A stretch of DNA of 64,000 nucleotides from an uncultured virus (IMG/VR IMGVR_UViG_3300030019_000031) (lineage: Duplodnaviria > Heunggongvirae > Uroviricota > Caudoviricetes): IMG/VR virus record IMGVR_UViG_3300030019_000031; one strand, 5' to 3'. Of the stretch, positions 1-8,696 are shown in pieces; positions within the stretch are counted from its first letter, which is position 1; each line of letters begins with the position of its first letter. Position numbers and translations under genes: made by a program. The notes under the pieces are model-generated. The model did not search any database and had not been told where the DNA came from. It saw nothing but the letters and a program-made list of their open reading frames with translations.

Positions 1-99
1 GGAACCCATCAGTGTTAACATCCTGTAATCCTTCATTGGGATTGTTACCTTAGCCTGTGACTCCAGAACCTCTACCTTGCTGCCTAATACGTTTTTCAT
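1..99 (-). CDS. 5' part of a small hypothetical protein running off the window (MKNVLGSKVEVLES...)
   Basis: ATG at 99 preceded by AGGAGG; frame open to position 1. Confidence 0.6.
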   Translation of the reverse strand, partial: MKNVLGSKVEVLESQAKVTIPMKDYRMLTLMGS

Positions 100-148
100 T
101 ATATAGTCCTCCTAATGTTTTTTTTTTTTATTGGGTAAGAAGTGTGGC

Positions 149-604
149 TTACGCCACGACTTTCTTATTGGATCTGTGCTTTGTCTCGACAACTGGTGTT
201 GCTGTATCAACCACTGCGGCTGCATCGGCGGCGACTTGTTTGTTAGTATATCCGGCACCCTTGGCTATCTGCCAAACGTAATTGTACAGGCACTTGAGTT
301 CCTTACTGACTTCTGTGATAGTCTTGCCGGCTGCCAGTTGAGCGATGATTTGGTTTTTCTTGGAGTTCTCATTGTTGCGACCTGTCTGTTCGACTTCCAA
401 ACCATGGACTAACACTTCATTCCGGATTACATTGTACACATGATTGTACCTAATCCCACTGACTGCTGAAATCTCCTTGACTGAAAGGCCGCCTGCAAAT
501 AATGCACGAACACCTGCGCCCTTGCTGATCTCCTCATTTGTGACCTGTGCTACGATTGCGATAACCTCGTCTTGTCCAAGCTTTGTGTCCATTACTAGTT
601 TCAT
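149..604 (-). CDS. Double helix-turn-helix protein, paralogue 1
   Basis: Two repeats of SK...G.(S/T)(I/V).EIS......YN.V(Y/W); own promoter and RBS. Confidence 0.75.
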   Translation of the reverse strand: MKLVMDTKLGQDEVIAIVAQVTNEEISKGAGVRALFAGGLSVKEISAVSGIRYNHVYNVIRNEVLVHGLEVEQTGRNNENSKKNQIIAQLAAGKTITEVSKELKCLYNYVWQIAKGAGYTNKQVAADAAAVVDTATPVVETKHRSNKKVVA

Positions 605-670
605 GGTGTGCTCCTTCCGGCGTAATCGCCTAAATAAAATATGATTGGAAGTATAAGGGTTATTCCTTAT

Positions 671-711
671 CCTCTATATATATTATATAATAGAAGGACG
701 CCTGCAGACAC
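671..711 (-). promoter_or_regulatory. Promoter of HTH paralogue 1 (TATAATATATATAGAGG)
   Basis: Shares the -10/downstream block and an upstream GTGTC with the divergent promoter at 976-1016. Confidence 0.6.
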
Positions 712-975
712 TCTGGGAATTGGCTCTATCTTTTCGGCGTAGGCATCCAATCGCAGTTTGTTTTATAGGGCATCCCTAGAAGAAGACAGAAGTTACGGCT
801 TACGTAGTGGGCCTTCTGGTGGGCATCCCGCCTGGGCGAGCTTTTGTCCCGCTCCGGACGACTATTTAGTTGAGTTCGCTACTTTCCTACTGGATGGCGG
901 TGATGGGCCGCAGCTGTCCCGGGCGTACTGGCTCACAATACCACCTAACTATAAAAGATAGAGCCAACTCCCTGC

Positions 976-1016
976 GTGTCGTCGGGACGCCTTCCAGCGT
1001 ATAATATATATAGAGG
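976..1016 (+). promoter_or_regulatory. Promoter for 1062-1744
   Basis: GTGTC-N19-TATAATATATATAGAGG. Confidence 0.6.
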
Positions 1017-1061
1017 GATAAGTATATCCCACTATAATAAAAACTTTAGGAGGACTAAGTA

Positions 1062-1292
1062 ATGGAAAAGGTTGTTGGGACTATAACAGAGAACGGTGAG
1101 ATAGTCTATGTCAGGGGTGAGTATTATGTGACAAGGAAACATAGTACAGTGTATGCGGATATGTTAAGGGTTTATGTAGGATCTTATTGGCGCATGTTAT
1201 TCGCCACGGGCGATGCGGATAACAAGGCGTTAGATAGGTGTGTCGAGTGGGTCAGTAAAAGAAGATGTTTTAAAGCGGGAGGGAAAAACTAA
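1062..1292 (+). CDS. Hypothetical early protein
   Basis: AGGAGG RBS, upstream promoter, TAATG coupling to the next gene. Confidence 0.7.
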   Translation: MEKVVGTITENGEIVYVRGEYYVTRKHSTVYADMLRVYVGSYWRMLFATGDADNKALDRCVEWVSKRRCFKAGGKN

Positions 1293-1744
1293 TGGGAAAG
1301 TTAATTAGTAAGGATCTTATGGAGGGCAAGGAGTATAACGTGGAACACACGGTGGGTCACATATGTGAGGCGTATCAGTTTTGGGCGGGTGAGTTCAGGG
1401 ATGAATCACAGGCGTTGAGTGATGAGAAATACCTACTACTGTTCCCAACAGAGGATTCGTTTAAGGTGTTCTGTGATGGTACTATGGAAGAGCGTTATAG
1501 TGAGATGGAACGATTACTTAGTATTATAGAGGGGGATTCTTTTAAGGATGAGGATGATCTCTTCTTCTATCTAGGACAAACAGTTAGTAGTTTCGAGATG
1601 GCGTTAGAGTTTCTACGTCACACCGAGGAATGGTTGTTATGTAACGGCGAGGCGATAGAAGACGCGGAAAGGATTAATATAGAGGAGAATGTAAAGGAAG
1701 CGTGGGGGTACATCGAGGAGTACAAGGTGTGGGATAAGAAGTAA
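1292..1744 (+). CDS. Very acidic hypothetical early protein
   Basis: Glu/Asp-rich 150 aa, translationally coupled, followed by a hairpin. Confidence 0.7.
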   Translation: MGKLISKDLMEGKEYNVEHTVGHICEAYQFWAGEFRDESQALSDEKYLLLFPTEDSFKVFCDGTMEERYSEMERLLSIIEGDSFKDEDDLFFYLGQTVSSFEMALEFLRHTEEWLLCNGEAIEDAERINIEENVKEAWGYIEEYKVWDKK

Positions 1745-1748
1745 TCCC

Positions 1749-1778
1749 ATAGACCCAGGTAGAAATATTTGGGTCTAT
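1749..1778 (+). terminator. Hairpin after early operon
   Basis: ATAGACCCAG...TTGGGTCTAT inverted repeat. Confidence 0.5.
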
Positions 1779-1946
1779 CGCTGATCGTTTTATAGGGCGT
1801 CCCAGAAAGGATTAAGGTCCAATCTCCAGGCGTTTTATAGGGCCGCCCTAATGCGCGTTTAACAGAGTATCAGGTTCCAAGGTTACTCGGCGAAACCCCA
1901 GAGTTGCCTGCGGGCTACTCGGTTACTCGGTTAAACCGTTAACAGC

Positions 1947-1985
1947 AAAAAAGAGGAACCACTTCCACTGGGAAAGTGATTCCTC
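1947..1985 (-). terminator. Intrinsic terminator of HTH paralogue 2
   Basis: GAGGAA.CACTT...AAGTG.TTCCTC stem with a U-tract on the minus strand. Confidence 0.65.
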
Positions 1986-1996
1986 GGTTAACCGGT

Positions 1997-2395
1997 TTAC
2001 TTGGTCTTCAAGTACTCGGTTACCACTTTATAAACGTAATTATAGTTGGTTGAGAGGTTTTTACTGATATCCGTGTTGCTGAGTCCCAGTTTACACTGGT
2101 CGATGATTAACTGTTTCTTCGAGTCCCCTGTTCCCCGGGTCCTTAATTCGATATTGTTTACTCGAGTAAAGTTCGAAACCACGTTGTAAACGAAGTTATA
2201 GCGAGTCCCCATCAACTCGGATATCTGTTTAATCTGTAACCCTTTACCGTACAACTCGACCATCCGGTTACTCTTGGAAACTGCGTCATTGTTTACTATT
2301 TTACTAATTTCCTCGGTTGATAGGGTAACTGTTTCCTCGGTTACTGTGGTTTCCTGGTTAACTGTTTCCTCGACGACTGTGTTTAGCTGTTTCAT
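1997..2395 (-). CDS. Double helix-turn-helix protein, paralogue 2
   Basis: SKSNRMVELYGKGLQIKQISELMGTRYNFVYNV and SKKQLII...SNTDISKNLSTNYNYVYKV. Confidence 0.8.
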   Translation of the reverse strand: MKQLNTVVEETVNQETTVTEETVTLSTEEISKIVNNDAVSKSNRMVELYGKGLQIKQISELMGTRYNFVYNVVSNFTRVNNIELRTRGTGDSKKQLIIDQCKLGLSNTDISKNLSTNYNYVYKVVTEYLKTK

Positions 2396-2449
2396 GTGAT
2401 AAACTTCCTTTATTTTTTAGTAAGTTAAGTATTGGAATTCCTTAACTTC

Positions 2450-2486
2450 TATATATATTATACGCTATTTTCGATCGATTATCACG
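2450..2486 (-). promoter_or_regulatory. Phage-type promoter (CGTGATAAT-N15-TATAAT)
   Basis: Same spacing as the CGTTAAAAA promoter family. Confidence 0.65.
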
Positions 2487-2583
2487 GGTAAAATCGCTCA
2501 CAAATAAATTTATTTTGATACGATCGGCTGAGGTTGTTACGTTAATCGGCTAAACGATTTTGTGAGACGATCTTCTCAAGAAC

Positions 2584-2716
2584 CGGTTACTCAGAGAAAC
2601 ACCTATCGCGTTACTATGGTTTATGGGTTTACTCGACGAACCTGGGGCGGCGTAAGAGTTTACACGGTTACTCCGCGAAACACCTCGTGAGGCACTATGG
2701 TTTCCTGGGTTACCCG
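2584..2716 (+). repeat. Imperfect direct repeat, period 81 bp (CGGTTACTC..GAAACACCT...ACTATGGTTT)
   Basis: Copies start at 2584 and 2665. Confidence 0.7.
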
Positions 2717-2789
2717 GGGACACGGCGAAAGTTGGGCGCGGTCCTACTGTCGTAGGGCACTCCACTAAACACCAGCGGCGTCATAATGT

Positions 2790-2841
2790 CAAAAGGATAC
2801 CATTGGCAACCTCTGCCCACTACGGGCAAAAGGATACCATT
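2790..2841 (+). repeat. 15-bp direct repeat CAAAAGGATACCATT x2
   Basis: Copies at 2790 and 2827; degenerate third copy near 2848. Confidence 0.7.
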
Positions 2842-3017
2842 ACACGGCAAAGGGATAGCCGGTCGTATTGACCGGCTATGCTTATGCCCATCAACCCTGT
2901 TGAAGTAGTTGGGCAAAACCTATTGGACTGATATCTTCCCAGTGCAACCGGTCCTCCCCGTCGTAGACATCGAGGTTACCGTTAGGTCGAACTATGACTT
3001 TGAAGTCGCAGGGCATA

Positions 3018-3410
3018 TCAACCGACCTCCTTCATCGTGACGGTGCCGCCGTTGTCCGTGTACTCCCTAGCAATCTTGTACACGTAGTTGTAGTTGGTGG
3101 AGAGGGCTTTGCTTATCTCGGTGTTGCTTGCGCCTGTCTTGACCAGGTCGATGACCTGTTGCTTCTTCGTAGGTCCGTTGTTCGCCGTAGGCATTACCAG
3201 TGCATTGACTCGGGTGTAGTTGCTGATGACGTTGTAGGCGAAGTTGTAGCGGATGCCCATTGCTACGGCGATGTCCTTGATCGACATCCCGAGGCCGTAC
3301 ATCCCGATGATCTTCTGGCTCTTGCTCACGTTGCTGTCGGTGATCGTCTTGACCTGTGCCGCTTCCATTGCCTGTGATGCCTGTGCCGTAGTTGTGATTG
3401 TCTTTGTCAT
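3018..3410 (-). CDS. Double helix-turn-helix protein, paralogue 3
   Basis: SKSQKIIGMYGLGMSIKDIAVAMGIRYNFAYNV and TKKQQVI...SNTEISKALSTNYNYVYKI; close to paralogue 2; AAATAGCGTATAAT upstream. Confidence 0.8.
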   Translation of the reverse strand: MTKTITTTAQASQAMEAAQVKTITDSNVSKSQKIIGMYGLGMSIKDIAVAMGIRYNFAYNVISNYTRVNALVMPTANNGPTKKQQVIDLVKTGASNTEISKALSTNYNYVYKIAREYTDNGGTVTMKEVG

Positions 3411-3618
3411 GATGATGTCCTCCGTAAAATATAATTTGGATGGAATGTCTTTCCTTATCCATGATATTATTATACGCTATTTGACGCTCGCAATCTTGTC
3501 TATTTGATGAATTGTTTATGACATGTTTATGAATACGGGTATGCGGATATAGGCCAGCGTTGGTGAGGTACGCCTATAGAGGTATAGACCTATAGGGACC
3601 TATGGACCCCCGGGTAGC

Positions 3619-3700
3619 TATGGGTATGTATAGATATGTATCTATATGTATATGTATACCTCTATGTATGGGTATGTATCGATATGTATCTATATGTATA
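3619..3700 (+). repeat. 34-bp direct repeat (1 mismatch) inside an AA/TT-free tract
   Basis: TATGGGTATGTAT(A/C)GATATGTATCTATATGTATA at 3619 and 3667. Confidence 0.8.
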
Positions 3701-4340
3701 GGGTATAGCTATCCTATGCCTCTATGTCTACGTGAGACCATAGCTAGAGGTAGAGAGACTATAGGTACTCACTCATAGAAGTATAGGTGTGGCTATACAT
3801 AGAGCTATCCCCTCCGTAGCTGGGATACGTTAGCGGTGCTGCCCTATTGAGACCAGTCCATAGGTCCACCGGTCTCCACCTGGCTGGCTTGACTCGTCCG
3901 TGGCGTACCAGTGGTGCTAGTGGCTTCCGCGCTATCTAATGGGTTAATGCCTAGCGGAATAAGAGGAATAGATTTTCTCCCGATAAACGTAGAAAAGCAG
4001 ATGCCCCGTCTACTCGGATAACCCGCCCTTAAGGGTCCTTGCGTATAAAAACCTCAAGTTCTTTCGGAGACAGATCACTCCCATAAACCCGAGAAACAAG
4101 TAGAGAGTAAAAAGCAAGTCTCTAAAAAACACACGCATGGTAGATATTACAAACACAAGGAGAGAAAACGAGACTACCTTCTATGCGCTAACAACCTATG
4201 ATGTTTAACAGTTTAAGCTACGAAAGCATAGCGGATTAACGGATTACACAAGTAGCCAACTAACGTGATATTGTTCCATAAACGTTGCGGAGCACCTCAT
4301 TGAGGGAGATAAGAAATAATTCTAATTTAGTCCCTCTCCC

Positions 4341-4380
4341 CGTGAAAAACCTATAGCGTTTGTATATTATATTAATATAA
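4341..4380 (+). promoter_or_regulatory. Phage-type promoter for the packaging/structural operon
   Basis: CGTGAAAAA-N15-TATTATATTAATATAA. Confidence 0.7.
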
Positions 4381-4455
4381 GGGATAACACGTTAACCTAG
4401 TAACCCTTAGAACAATGATGACAACGGGAACGAAGATAATGAAGGAGGTGACAAT

Positions 4456-5685
4456 ATGAAAACAGAGACACAAACCGCAGAGACTATAGCAGACCAGTCG
4501 GCTAGCGCATTGAGTACTGACCATAATGAGTATAACTTCCTTACGGCCCACAGCGCGGCAACGGATATTAAGTCACCTCTGGAAGAAAACCTCGCGAAGA
4601 CACCAGACTTCGTTGGTTACACTACTGGTACGATAAAAATGACAGTTAGTCCGCTCTTAATGGAACAATTAGCTGAGCTTCGCACAATGGTAGTAACAAC
4701 CAATTTGAAGAAACTTGCGAATTTTATCCAAGCGTTGCAAGTCGATTTACCCCAAGCGGACGGCAGATTAACGGTTATTCTTAATCCTGCGGTATTTTGT
4801 ACCTATGTTCCATATTGTGAAACTCCGCAAGACATAACCGACATGATGCGTGAAAAATCCGAGGTTAAAATTGAAATCTTCGATGGTTTTGCTACCGTTG
4901 ACGGACTCCCGATTTGGGAACGTTTAAGTGGTGAACGTATGGATTTCTACAGTATTTTCAAGATTTATCGCGATATGAAGTATGGTTTGCTTGATTCTGG
5001 CGATTATGTCATGCAAAATCGCACAATTGCCGGTTTAGGCCGCCAATTGAATGTTTCCGGCTCTTTATTAGCTACTTTGGCTAAAATCTATAATTGGTCA
5101 GTTCGTTGTGATTATTATGACTTTTATATGGGCCGCGAGATAGCAAAACGCAAAGCACAGCAAGTACAATTAGTGCAATCCGATCATTTCAAATTAGCAA
5201 ATAAGCTAATGAAACAAGCTTCTGACTATTTAGAGAAGCATGTCGCTGCTCTCAAGCCCAAGGACGCATTAGAAATGTTGGAATTGGGGTTAAGATATAG
5301 TAGAATTAGTATTGGCTTATCCGCTGATAAACCCGATGCTGCTACAACTGCCGCACATCAGCCAGCCTTGGCGATTTACAACACTACCACCAACAATACG
5401 GCCGATCAAATGTTAAATTTAAACGCCACGTTGGGAAGTAATAATCAAAACTGCGGTAGTCCAGTTGAAAGGCAGTTGCAGCAGGATATGAAAAATGAGG
5501 ACAATCTCCTTAGTATATTGCATGTACTGCAAAAGAGTGGTGCTATGGCAACTGCCATTGGCGATAATATTAAGGCGAGCAATTCAGTTGAAGAGACTGA
5601 TAATACTTCGCCTGTTGTTGTCGTTGACGCAGTTTCAATAAATTCTTCGACAGCCGCAGATAAGGTCGGTGATCTTAATGATTAA
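4456..5685 (+). CDS. Putative terminase small subunit (long)
   Basis: Directly upstream of TerL; PIWERLSGE...FKIYRDM...YNWSVRCDYYD resembles the HTH region of small terminases. Confidence 0.6.
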   Translation: MKTETQTAETIADQSASALSTDHNEYNFLTAHSAATDIKSPLEENLAKTPDFVGYTTGTIKMTVSPLLMEQLAELRTMVVTTNLKKLANFIQALQVDLPQADGRLTVILNPAVFCTYVPYCETPQDITDMMREKSEVKIEIFDGFATVDGLPIWERLSGERMDFYSIFKIYRDMKYGLLDSGDYVMQNRTIAGLGRQLNVSGSLLATLAKIYNWSVRCDYYDFYMGREIAKRKAQQVQLVQSDHFKLANKLMKQASDYLEKHVAALKPKDALEMLELGLRYSRISIGLSADKPDAATTAAHQPALAIYNTTTNNTADQMLNLNATLGSNNQNCGSPVERQLQQDMKNEDNLLSILHVLQKSGAMATAIGDNIKASNSVEETDNTSPVVVVDAVSINSSTAADKVGDLND

Positions 5686-7204
5686 TCGACCTTTAAGCGG
5701 ATTTACAGACATGGACACAATTGATAAGATGAAAATCGGTCAATTTGTGCAAAATACATCGATGGGACAAATGGATCTATCCCAGATGAAGCAATCCGAT
5801 TTACTTAACCTCCAACGGCTGCTAACGCCGAGAATGAATAAATTTATTCCTCATGTGCCAACTCCGAAACAGTCAGCCTTTCTCCTCCTGAACTGTAAAG
5901 AGGCATTTTATGGTGGGGCGGCCGGCGGAGGTAAAAGCGACGCATTACTAATGGGAGGATTACAGTACGTTGATATAAAGGGCTATGCAGGTATAATCTT
6001 TCGTAAAACATATGCGGATTTAACGAAGCCTGGCGCCTTAATTGATCGTGCAAAGGAATGGCTTTTTCAATTCCCTGACGATTGTCGGTGGAACGAAAAA
6101 GATAAGAAATTCGAATTCTTCCAGAAGTATGGGCCGCATAAAGAGAATATTTCGATCTTGCAGTTTGGCTATCTTGAGAATCCAAACGACAAGTTTAACT
6201 ATCAGGGCGGTGAATATCAATACATCGGCTTTGATGAATTAACGCATTTCAATATGGATAACTACATTTACATGTTTTCACGCCTCAGGCGTTTAAAGAA
6301 TGTTAGTATTCCGTTGCGTGTGCGGGGTGCTAGCAATCCACCAGAAGATGATGGTGGCCTCTGGGTGAAAAAGCGATATATTGATGAAGGCCCGGCAAAG
6401 GGTCGAGTCTTCATCCCGGCGGGTATGAATGATAATCCTTACTTGGATGTCGACGAATATGAGCACTCTCTTGATGAGTTGGACCCTGTTACACGTTCAC
6501 GTTTACGCGACGGTAACTGGGAGATCATTCGTAAGGGGAATATGTTCAAACGGAGTTGGTTCCAAGCGGTTACTGAATTGCCCGCCTTTCGAAAAAAAGT
6601 ACGTTGGTGGGATATGGCTGCTTCTGATGAAGAAAAAGCCAAAAAGAAGAATCGCTCTGGTGAACCCGATTATACAGTCGGGTTTTTACTTAGTGAAGCT
6701 GGGGGAATATTTTACATCGAGGATATTATTCGTGAACGTAAATCACCAGAAGGAACAGAGATGTTACAAAAAGACGCTGCTGCCTCTGATGGTTACAGTA
6801 CTAATATCCGAGAAGAAAGAGAACCTGGCTCTTCTGGCATAGGTGTCACTGACAATAAAGCGCGTACAATCCTAATGGGTTATGCGTATAAGCCAATAGC
6901 TTCTACAGGTTCTAAAGTACAGCGTGCTTTAGCTGCTTCCGCTGCGGCTGAGCGTGGTCATATAAAATATCTGTCTGGTTGCCGAAATATAGATGTTTTC
7001 TTTGACGAGGCTGAGTCATTTCCAGGTGGTATACATGATGATATGGTTGATGGCCTTTCAGGTGCATTCTCCGAATTAAGTGTATTGCCAGATTATGGAA
7101 ATCCAATTTGTGTTGAAAAGCCTGAAGAGGAAGATAACACTTGGGCAGATGAGTCGGATTTAGGCGCTGGTTATTTTACAACAGATTTTTCACGATTAAT
7201 GTAA
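5669..7204 (+). CDS. terL: Terminase large subunit
   Basis: GGAAGGGKS Walker A, YIGFDE Walker B, ASNP, nuclease motifs WWDMAA and HDDMVD; start may be the ATG at 5678. Confidence 0.95.
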   Translation: MILMINRPLSGFTDMDTIDKMKIGQFVQNTSMGQMDLSQMKQSDLLNLQRLLTPRMNKFIPHVPTPKQSAFLLLNCKEAFYGGAAGGGKSDALLMGGLQYVDIKGYAGIIFRKTYADLTKPGALIDRAKEWLFQFPDDCRWNEKDKKFEFFQKYGPHKENISILQFGYLENPNDKFNYQGGEYQYIGFDELTHFNMDNYIYMFSRLRRLKNVSIPLRVRGASNPPEDDGGLWVKKRYIDEGPAKGRVFIPAGMNDNPYLDVDEYEHSLDELDPVTRSRLRDGNWEIIRKGNMFKRSWFQAVTELPAFRKKVRWWDMAASDEEKAKKKNRSGEPDYTVGFLLSEAGGIFYIEDIIRERKSPEGTEMLQKDAAASDGYSTNIREEREPGSSGIGVTDNKARTILMGYAYKPIASTGSKVQRALAASAAAERGHIKYLSGCRNIDVFFDEAESFPGGIHDDMVDGLSGAFSELSVLPDYGNPICVEKPEEEDNTWADESDLGAGYFTTDFSRLM

Positions 7205-7222
7205 AGAGAGGAGGTAATATAT

Positions 7223-8695
7223 TTGGGTGCATTTCCGTTATTGTTTAATAAAGCGCCAACCGCGCCACCTATTGCTCCAGCTAAGCATATTGATGCTGTC
7301 TCTTTTGCAGAGAGAGGCACGACTGGGTTACGCACTAGCGGCGGAGGCGTGTATGAAGAGTTTGTACCACGCTTACAATGGCCAAGAGCAGGAGCCGTTT
7401 ATCAAGAGATGAGCAGTAATGATGCTGTTATAACGGCTATTTTACTTTGTTCTAAGCAATTGATTCAAAATGTTGTTTGGGATGTCGTTCCTGCCTCTGA
7501 TTTAGATGCAGATAAAGAAGCTGCCGAATTTGTACGTCAGTGTAAAGATGATATGAGTACAACGTGGGCAGATTTCATTGATGACCTTTCATCCTTTTTC
7601 GAATATGGCTTTTCGTACCATGAGATTATATACAAGAGACGAATGGGCGATGTAGCCGATCCGACGAAGAACAGCAAGTATGATGATGGCCGCATTGGTT
7701 GGCGTAAATTACCGGGCAGAGCTCAAACGTCCTTACAAGGATGGATGATGGATGATACCGGTGGATTACAGGGTATGAAACAATATACTACTGCGGGCTC
7801 TGTTGAGATTCCAATAGGGCGCGGTCTTTTATTTCGTACAACGGCGAACAGAGGAAATCCGGAAGGTAAATCATTCTTACGCGGTGCTTATCGTTCTTGG
7901 TATTTTAAGAAACATATCGAGGAAATTGAAGGCATCGGTATTGAGCGTGATTTAGCAGGTCTTCCTGTTGTAACTGCTCCTCCGGGTGTTAATATCTTTG
8001 ATAAAGACAATCCGCAGGCGGTCATTGCAAAAACGTCCGCTTTAAAACTTGTATCCAGTATTCGGCGTGATCGTAATGAAGGTGTTGTATTACCTGCAGA
8101 TTGGAAATTAGAACTTCTATCGTCAGGTAGTTCAAGGCAATTTGATACGAGCGACATAATTAATCGTTGGGATCAACGTATTGCAATTACTATGTTAGCT
8201 GATATTGTCATGCTAGGTGCTGATAAGGTCGGCTCTTTCGCTTTGGCGAAGGTTAAGCAGAGTATGTTAGCGGCGTCTTTACAATCACAACTGAATGGTG
8301 TAGCTGAAGTTCTTAATCGTTATGCTATTCCGCGTTTGATTGCAATGAATACATTCCAAGGATTAACTGGAACGCCAGAATTCAAAGTCAGTTCGGTTGT
8401 TACTCCCGATCTTAAAGAATTGGGTGATTATATTAAGGCACTCGCCGGAGCAAAGATGCCGATCTTCCCAGATCTCGATTTGGAAAATTATCTACGTCGT
8501 GTAGCTAATTTACCTGAAACGTCTGAAGAAGATGAAAATAGAGAAGCTCAATTATCACGGAGTGCAACAACACCGACACCAGATCCAAATGCGGATCCAA
8601 CCGATCCAAATGCAGATCCTGTGCCGGCTAAAGCAACCCCTAAGGTACCTGCTCAAACAGGTAAGCCACCTATCACGAAGAAAGGAGGTAAGTAA
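7223..8695 (+). CDS. Portal protein (DUF935-like)
   Basis: Position after TerL; YGFSYHEI, NPEGKSFLRGAY, IERDLAGLP, GSFALAKV motifs. Confidence 0.9.
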   Translation: MGAFPLLFNKAPTAPPIAPAKHIDAVSFAERGTTGLRTSGGGVYEEFVPRLQWPRAGAVYQEMSSNDAVITAILLCSKQLIQNVVWDVVPASDLDADKEAAEFVRQCKDDMSTTWADFIDDLSSFFEYGFSYHEIIYKRRMGDVADPTKNSKYDDGRIGWRKLPGRAQTSLQGWMMDDTGGLQGMKQYTTAGSVEIPIGRGLLFRTTANRGNPEGKSFLRGAYRSWYFKKHIEEIEGIGIERDLAGLPVVTAPPGVNIFDKDNPQAVIAKTSALKLVSSIRRDRNEGVVLPADWKLELLSSGSSRQFDTSDIINRWDQRIAITMLADIVMLGADKVGSFALAKVKQSMLAASLQSQLNGVAEVLNRYAIPRLIAMNTFQGLTGTPEFKVSSVVTPDLKELGDYIKALAGAKMPIFPDLDLENYLRRVANLPETSEEDENREAQLSRSATTPTPDPNADPTDPNADPVPAKATPKVPAQTGKPPITKKGGK

Positions 8696-8696
8696 A

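Noticed and set aside
2584..2860. Possible CRISPR-like mini-array
   Set aside because: Only two degenerate copies of each repeat, no regular spacers and no cas operon
3067..3462. Alternative-frame ORFs over HTH paralogue 3 (also 2994-3377)
   Set aside because: Shadows of the high-GC3 codon bias; no RBS or recognisable protein
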